Below are positions 60,836 to 64,000 of a stretch of 64,000 nucleotides of DNA, piece after piece (the stretch's first letter is position 1; each line of letters begins with the position of its first letter). A program made the position numbers and the translations under genes. The notes beneath the pieces were generated by a model. It worked only from the letters and a program-made list of their open reading frames with translations. It was not told where the DNA came from and did no database searches. Source of the DNA: Escherichia coli. Lineage in GTDB: Bacteria; Pseudomonadota; Gammaproteobacteria; Enterobacterales; Enterobacteriaceae. The DNA lies in assembly GCF_024298765.1 (NCBI RefSeq), contig NZ_CP101210.1; one strand, written 5' to 3'.

Positions 60836-61530
60836 CAGACATTCCCTGTTTCACCGTTTGGCAATGCACGTTCGGCAGCTGCTTCAGTACGGCGCTTTTT
60901 CATTCTTTCATCAATCAGGTATTTCCCTGCCAGCATCAGTCCCAGGCCAATAAATGCACCTGGTGGCAGCATCGCCAGCAGGAAAGGGGAGTCGGTGTGG
61001 AAAATCTCCACGCGTAATACTTTTGCCCAGCTACCTAACAGCGCATCTGCACCGTCAAACAACGTGCCATTGCCTATTATTTCGCGTAGTGAACCCAGCA
61101 CGAACATGGCGCAGGTTGCGCCCATACCAATTGAAAAGCCGTCCAGTGCCGAAAGCGCCGGACCTTTTTTGGCGGCGAAGGCTTCAGCGCGGCCCACAAC
61201 GATACAGTTAGTGACAATCAGCGGAATAAAAATCCCTAATGATTGATACAGGCCAAAGGCGTAGGCGTTGATCAGCATCTGTACAGCGCTGACCACCGAG
61301 GCGATGATCATCACGTAAATGGGAATGCGGATCTCGGCTGGCGTCCAGTGACGCAGCGTCGAAATGGTCAAGTTGGTCAGCGTCAGTACCAGCGTAGTCG
61401 CAAGTCCTAAACCCAGGGCGTTGGTGGCAGTGGACGTGACCGCCAGTAGCGGACAAAGGCCGAGCAACTGGACCAGCGCAGAGTTGTTTTTCCACAACCC
61501 CTGAACAATAACGTCTTTAATTTCGCTCAC
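60835..61530 (-). CDS. rsxE: Rsx (Rnf-type) electron transport complex subunit E
   Basis: 231-aa membrane ORF recognised as RsxE. Confidence 0.93.
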
Positions 61531-61533
61531 GCT

Positions 61534-62154
61534 TTATTCTCCACAGGCAGGAAGTTGAGAAAGTTGTGCCGGTAACGTCTGAGCGTACAATCCGGCGCGT
61601 TTTACCGCATTTACCACCGCGCGCGGAGTAATCGTCGCGCCGGTGAACTGGTCGAAATCACCACCATCTTTCTTCACCGCCCAGTGCACATCATCCGCAC
61701 CACTGATTTTTTTACCCGCAAAATGGGTGATCCAGTCAGAAAGGCGCAGTTCGATTTTATCGCCAAGCCCTGGCGTTTCGTGGTGCTCTGTCACGCGCGT
61801 GCCTAGTACCGTGCCGTTAAAATCGGCTCCCACCAGCAGCTGAATCGCACCAGAATAGCCATCTGGCGCGGTTGTTTCCAGAACGGCGGCTACCGGTTTG
61901 TCATCCTGTTTGGCGATGTAAACCCGATGCTCACCTTTACCTAACTCTGGCGCAGTGACCAGATAGCAACTCTGTGCCAGCGCATTGTTATAGCGTTCGG
62001 CTGGCAGCACTTGATCAAATAACGCCTTTTGTTGCAGACTGGCCTGTTCAGCAATTGTCGTTTTGGTCATCTGGTTGATGGCCGCAGTTAACCCTGTAGA
62101 ACCCGCTGCAAATAGTGCCAGTGTAATGCCGTGTTTTCGGATAGTTTTCAGCAT
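61534..62154 (-). CDS. rsxG: Rsx electron transport complex subunit G
   Basis: 206-aa ORF recognised as RsxG. Confidence 0.93.
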   Translation of the reverse strand: MLKTIRKHGITLALFAAGSTGLTAAINQMTKTTIAEQASLQQKALFDQVLPAERYNNALAQSCYLVTAPELGKGEHRVYIAKQDDKPVAAVLETTAPDGYSGAIQLLVGADFNGTVLGTRVTEHHETPGLGDKIELRLSDWITHFAGKKISGADDVHWAVKKDGGDFDQFTGATITPRAVVNAVKRAGLYAQTLPAQLSQLPACGE

Positions 62155-62157
62155 GGT

Positions 62158-63216
62158 TTACCCTTTGCGATGGCCGTAGACGCGCGGACGCGTGTAGTAA
62201 TCGATCAGAGGAACCGTGATGTTCGCCAGCAGGACGGCAAAAGCCACGCCGTCAGGATAGCCGCCGAAACTGCGGATCAACCAGACTAATAAGCCCGCCA
62301 GCGCGCCGAAAATAAGACGACCACGATTGGTCGTAGAAGCGGTAACCGGGTCAGTCAAAATAAAGAATGCGCCGAGCATGGTCGCTCCAGACAGCAGATG
62401 AATTTGCGGTGCTGCCAGTGTTTCTGGTGAGAACAACCAGCCCAACGTTGCGCATAACGCCAGCGTTACTAAGAAGCTGAGGGGAATATGCCAGCGAATC
62501 GCTTTCTGCCATAGCAACCACACGCCGCCAGCCAGCCAGGCGAGATTTACCCATTGCCAACCAGCGCCCGCCAGAATACCGCTGTAGATCGGATATTGCA
62601 TAATCTGTTCAACCGAATGACCGGCACGAACAGAGGTTTTAAATGTATCCAGCGGTGTCGCCTGACTAATGCCATCAATACCTAAGCGTAGTGTGTTCAT
62701 ATCACCACCACTGGCGGTATGTCCGCTGAAAATAACCTGTATGGCGTCGATAAAACCAGGGATGTTGACCGCAATTCCATGTGGCGGTAACCAGCTGGTC
62801 ATCTGCACCGGGAAGGAGATCAGTAAGACCACATAACCAATCATTGCCGGATTAAACGGGTTTTGCCCCAGACCGCCATACAACTGTTTAGCGATGATCA
62901 CCGCAAACACCGTACCCAGCACGACCATCCACCATGGCGCGAGGGGGGGAATACTTACCGCCAGCAATAAGCCTGTCAGCAATGCTGAGTTATCTTTCAA
63001 CGTTGCGGCTACCGACTGCTTGCGTAGTTTGAGTACGAGAGCTTCGGCTAACAGAGCACTGACCGACGCCAACAGGATCTGAACGAGAGTACCCCAACCA
63101 AAAAACCACAGTTGCGCTGCGATTCCTGGCACGGCTGCGAGCAACACCAACAGCATAATGCGCGATGTCTGGCGCTGGTTATGGGTATAAGGGGAGCTAG
63201 CTATTCTGAATACCAT
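62158..63216 (-). CDS. rsxD: Rsx electron transport complex subunit D
   Basis: 352-aa membrane ORF recognised as RsxD. Confidence 0.93.
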   Translation of the reverse strand: MVFRIASSPYTHNQRQTSRIMLLVLLAAVPGIAAQLWFFGWGTLVQILLASVSALLAEALVLKLRKQSVAATLKDNSALLTGLLLAVSIPPLAPWWMVVLGTVFAVIIAKQLYGGLGQNPFNPAMIGYVVLLISFPVQMTSWLPPHGIAVNIPGFIDAIQVIFSGHTASGGDMNTLRLGIDGISQATPLDTFKTSVRAGHSVEQIMQYPIYSGILAGAGWQWVNLAWLAGGVWLLWQKAIRWHIPLSFLVTLALCATLGWLFSPETLAAPQIHLLSGATMLGAFFILTDPVTASTTNRGRLIFGALAGLLVWLIRSFGGYPDGVAFAVLLANITVPLIDYYTRPRVYGHRKG

Positions 63217-64000
63217 TTAGTCCTCGTTTACAACCTTTTGCTGGGCGGCTTTTTTGGCCTGAACGCGGGCAATAGCCGCGGCAACTGCCGCTTTGCGCGG
63301 ATCAACCTGTTCTTCTGGTTCTGCGTTAGCCTGTTGCTGTTCCAGCTTGCGTGCTTTGGCGCGTGCAATAGCCGCTTCGACGGCGACTTTGCGCGGATCA
63401 ACCTGTTCTTCTGGTACCGCATTAGCCTGTTGCTGTTCCAGCTTGCGTGCTTTGGCACGGGCAATAGCAGCTTCGACGGCAGCTTTGCGCGGATCGACCT
63501 GTTCTTCTGGTTCCGCATTAGCCTGTTGCTGTTCCAGCTTGCGTGCTTTGGCGCGGGCAATAGCGGCTTCGACGGCAGCTTTGCGCGGATCGACCTGTTC
63601 TTCTGGTTCCGCATTAGCCTGTTGCTGTTCCAGCTTGCGTGCTTTGGCACGGGCAATAGCGGCTTCGACGGCGGCTTTGCGCGGATCGACCTGTTGTTCT
63701 GGCTCGGCATTAGCCTGTTGCTGCTCCAGCTTGCGCGCTTTGGCTCGGGCAATAGCGGCTTCGACGGCGGCTTTGCGCGGGTCAACCTGTTCTTCTGGCT
63801 CCGCATTAGCCTGTTGCTGCTCCAGCTTGCGCGCTTTGGCGCGGGCGATAGCGGCTTCGACTGCGGTTTTACGTGGATCAGCAACGGTTGCTGCGTCGTT
63901 AGTTTGCTGCAGTTCTGCCTGTTTCGCTCTGGCTTGCGCTTTACGGGCTTCACGTGCTGCAATAATTGCACTGTTATCCGGGCGTTCGCCCGCTTTAATC
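63217..64000 (-). CDS. rsxC: Rsx electron transport complex subunit C, C-terminal portion; start lies beyond the right edge
   Basis: Reverse-strand frame ending ...[10 protein letters not shown]-stop at 63217-63219 directly upstream of rsxD; contains repeated ...[31 protein letters not shown]... units. The ORF-track entry 63228-63971 is in a different frame and is not the gene. Confidence 0.85.
   Translation of the reverse strand, partial: IKAGERPDNSAIIAAREARKAQARAKQAELQQTNDAATVADPRKTAVEAAIARAKARKLEQQQANAEPEEQVDPRKAAVEAAIARAKARKLEQQQANAEPEQQVDPRKAAVEAAIARAKARKLEQQQANAEPEEQVDPRKAAVEAAIARAKARKLEQQQANAEPEEQVDPRKAAVEAAIARAKARKLEQQQANAVPEEQVDPRKVAVEAAIARAKARKLEQQQANAEPEEQVDPRKAAVAAAIARVQAKKAAQQKVVNED
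63240..63900. repeat. 96-bp in-frame tandem repeat (32-aa units, about 6.5 copies) inside rsxC
   Basis: Motif TTAGCCTGTTGCTG recurs at about 63326, 63422, 63518, 63614, 63710 and 63806, exactly 96 bp apart, with a few substitutions per unit. Confidence 0.85.

Noticed and set aside
63240-63900. Possible CRISPR array suggested by regularly spaced repeats
   Set aside because: The period is 96 bp of near-identical sequence with no unique spacers, and it lies in frame inside rsxC with no leader or cas genes. It is a coding tandem repeat, not a CRISPR.
63228-63971. 247-aa ORF on the - strand with a highly repetitive, Lys/Arg/Ser/Pro-rich translation
   Set aside because: It is out of frame with rsxC, whose true frame ends ...QQKVVNED-stop at 63217-63219. 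It is an artefact of the 96-bp coding repeat, which keeps alternative frames open.

Overview
The window reads as a reverse-complement view of an Escherichia coli K-12-like core chromosome segment, running from ydiO (left edge) to rsxC (right edge). Gene identities and order were recognised from the supplied translations and from memory of the K-12 map; no database search was run. I call about 62 protein-coding genes, the tandem tRNA-Val pair valW/valV, the sRNA rprA, a tentative rydB, several hairpin terminators and three regulator-binding motifs. Nearly every gene has the product length I remember for K-12, and no intergenic gap is large enough to hold an inserted element. I found no IS element, integrase, prophage, CRISPR array or defence island. 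The one clear structural anomaly is in the suf operon: sufA is intact, but sufB codons 1-262 continue in frame into the C-terminal 149 codons of ldtE (ynhG), and sufC, sufD, sufS and sufE are absent. This looks like a deletion of roughly 5 kb, or an assembly collapse, that leaves a chimeric ORF behind the iron/oxidative-stress-regulated suf promoter. The remaining findings are low-interest native features, including 96-bp in-frame tandem repeats in rsxC, the unlisted small ORF ynhF, and paired palindromic hairpins between rnt and lhr.
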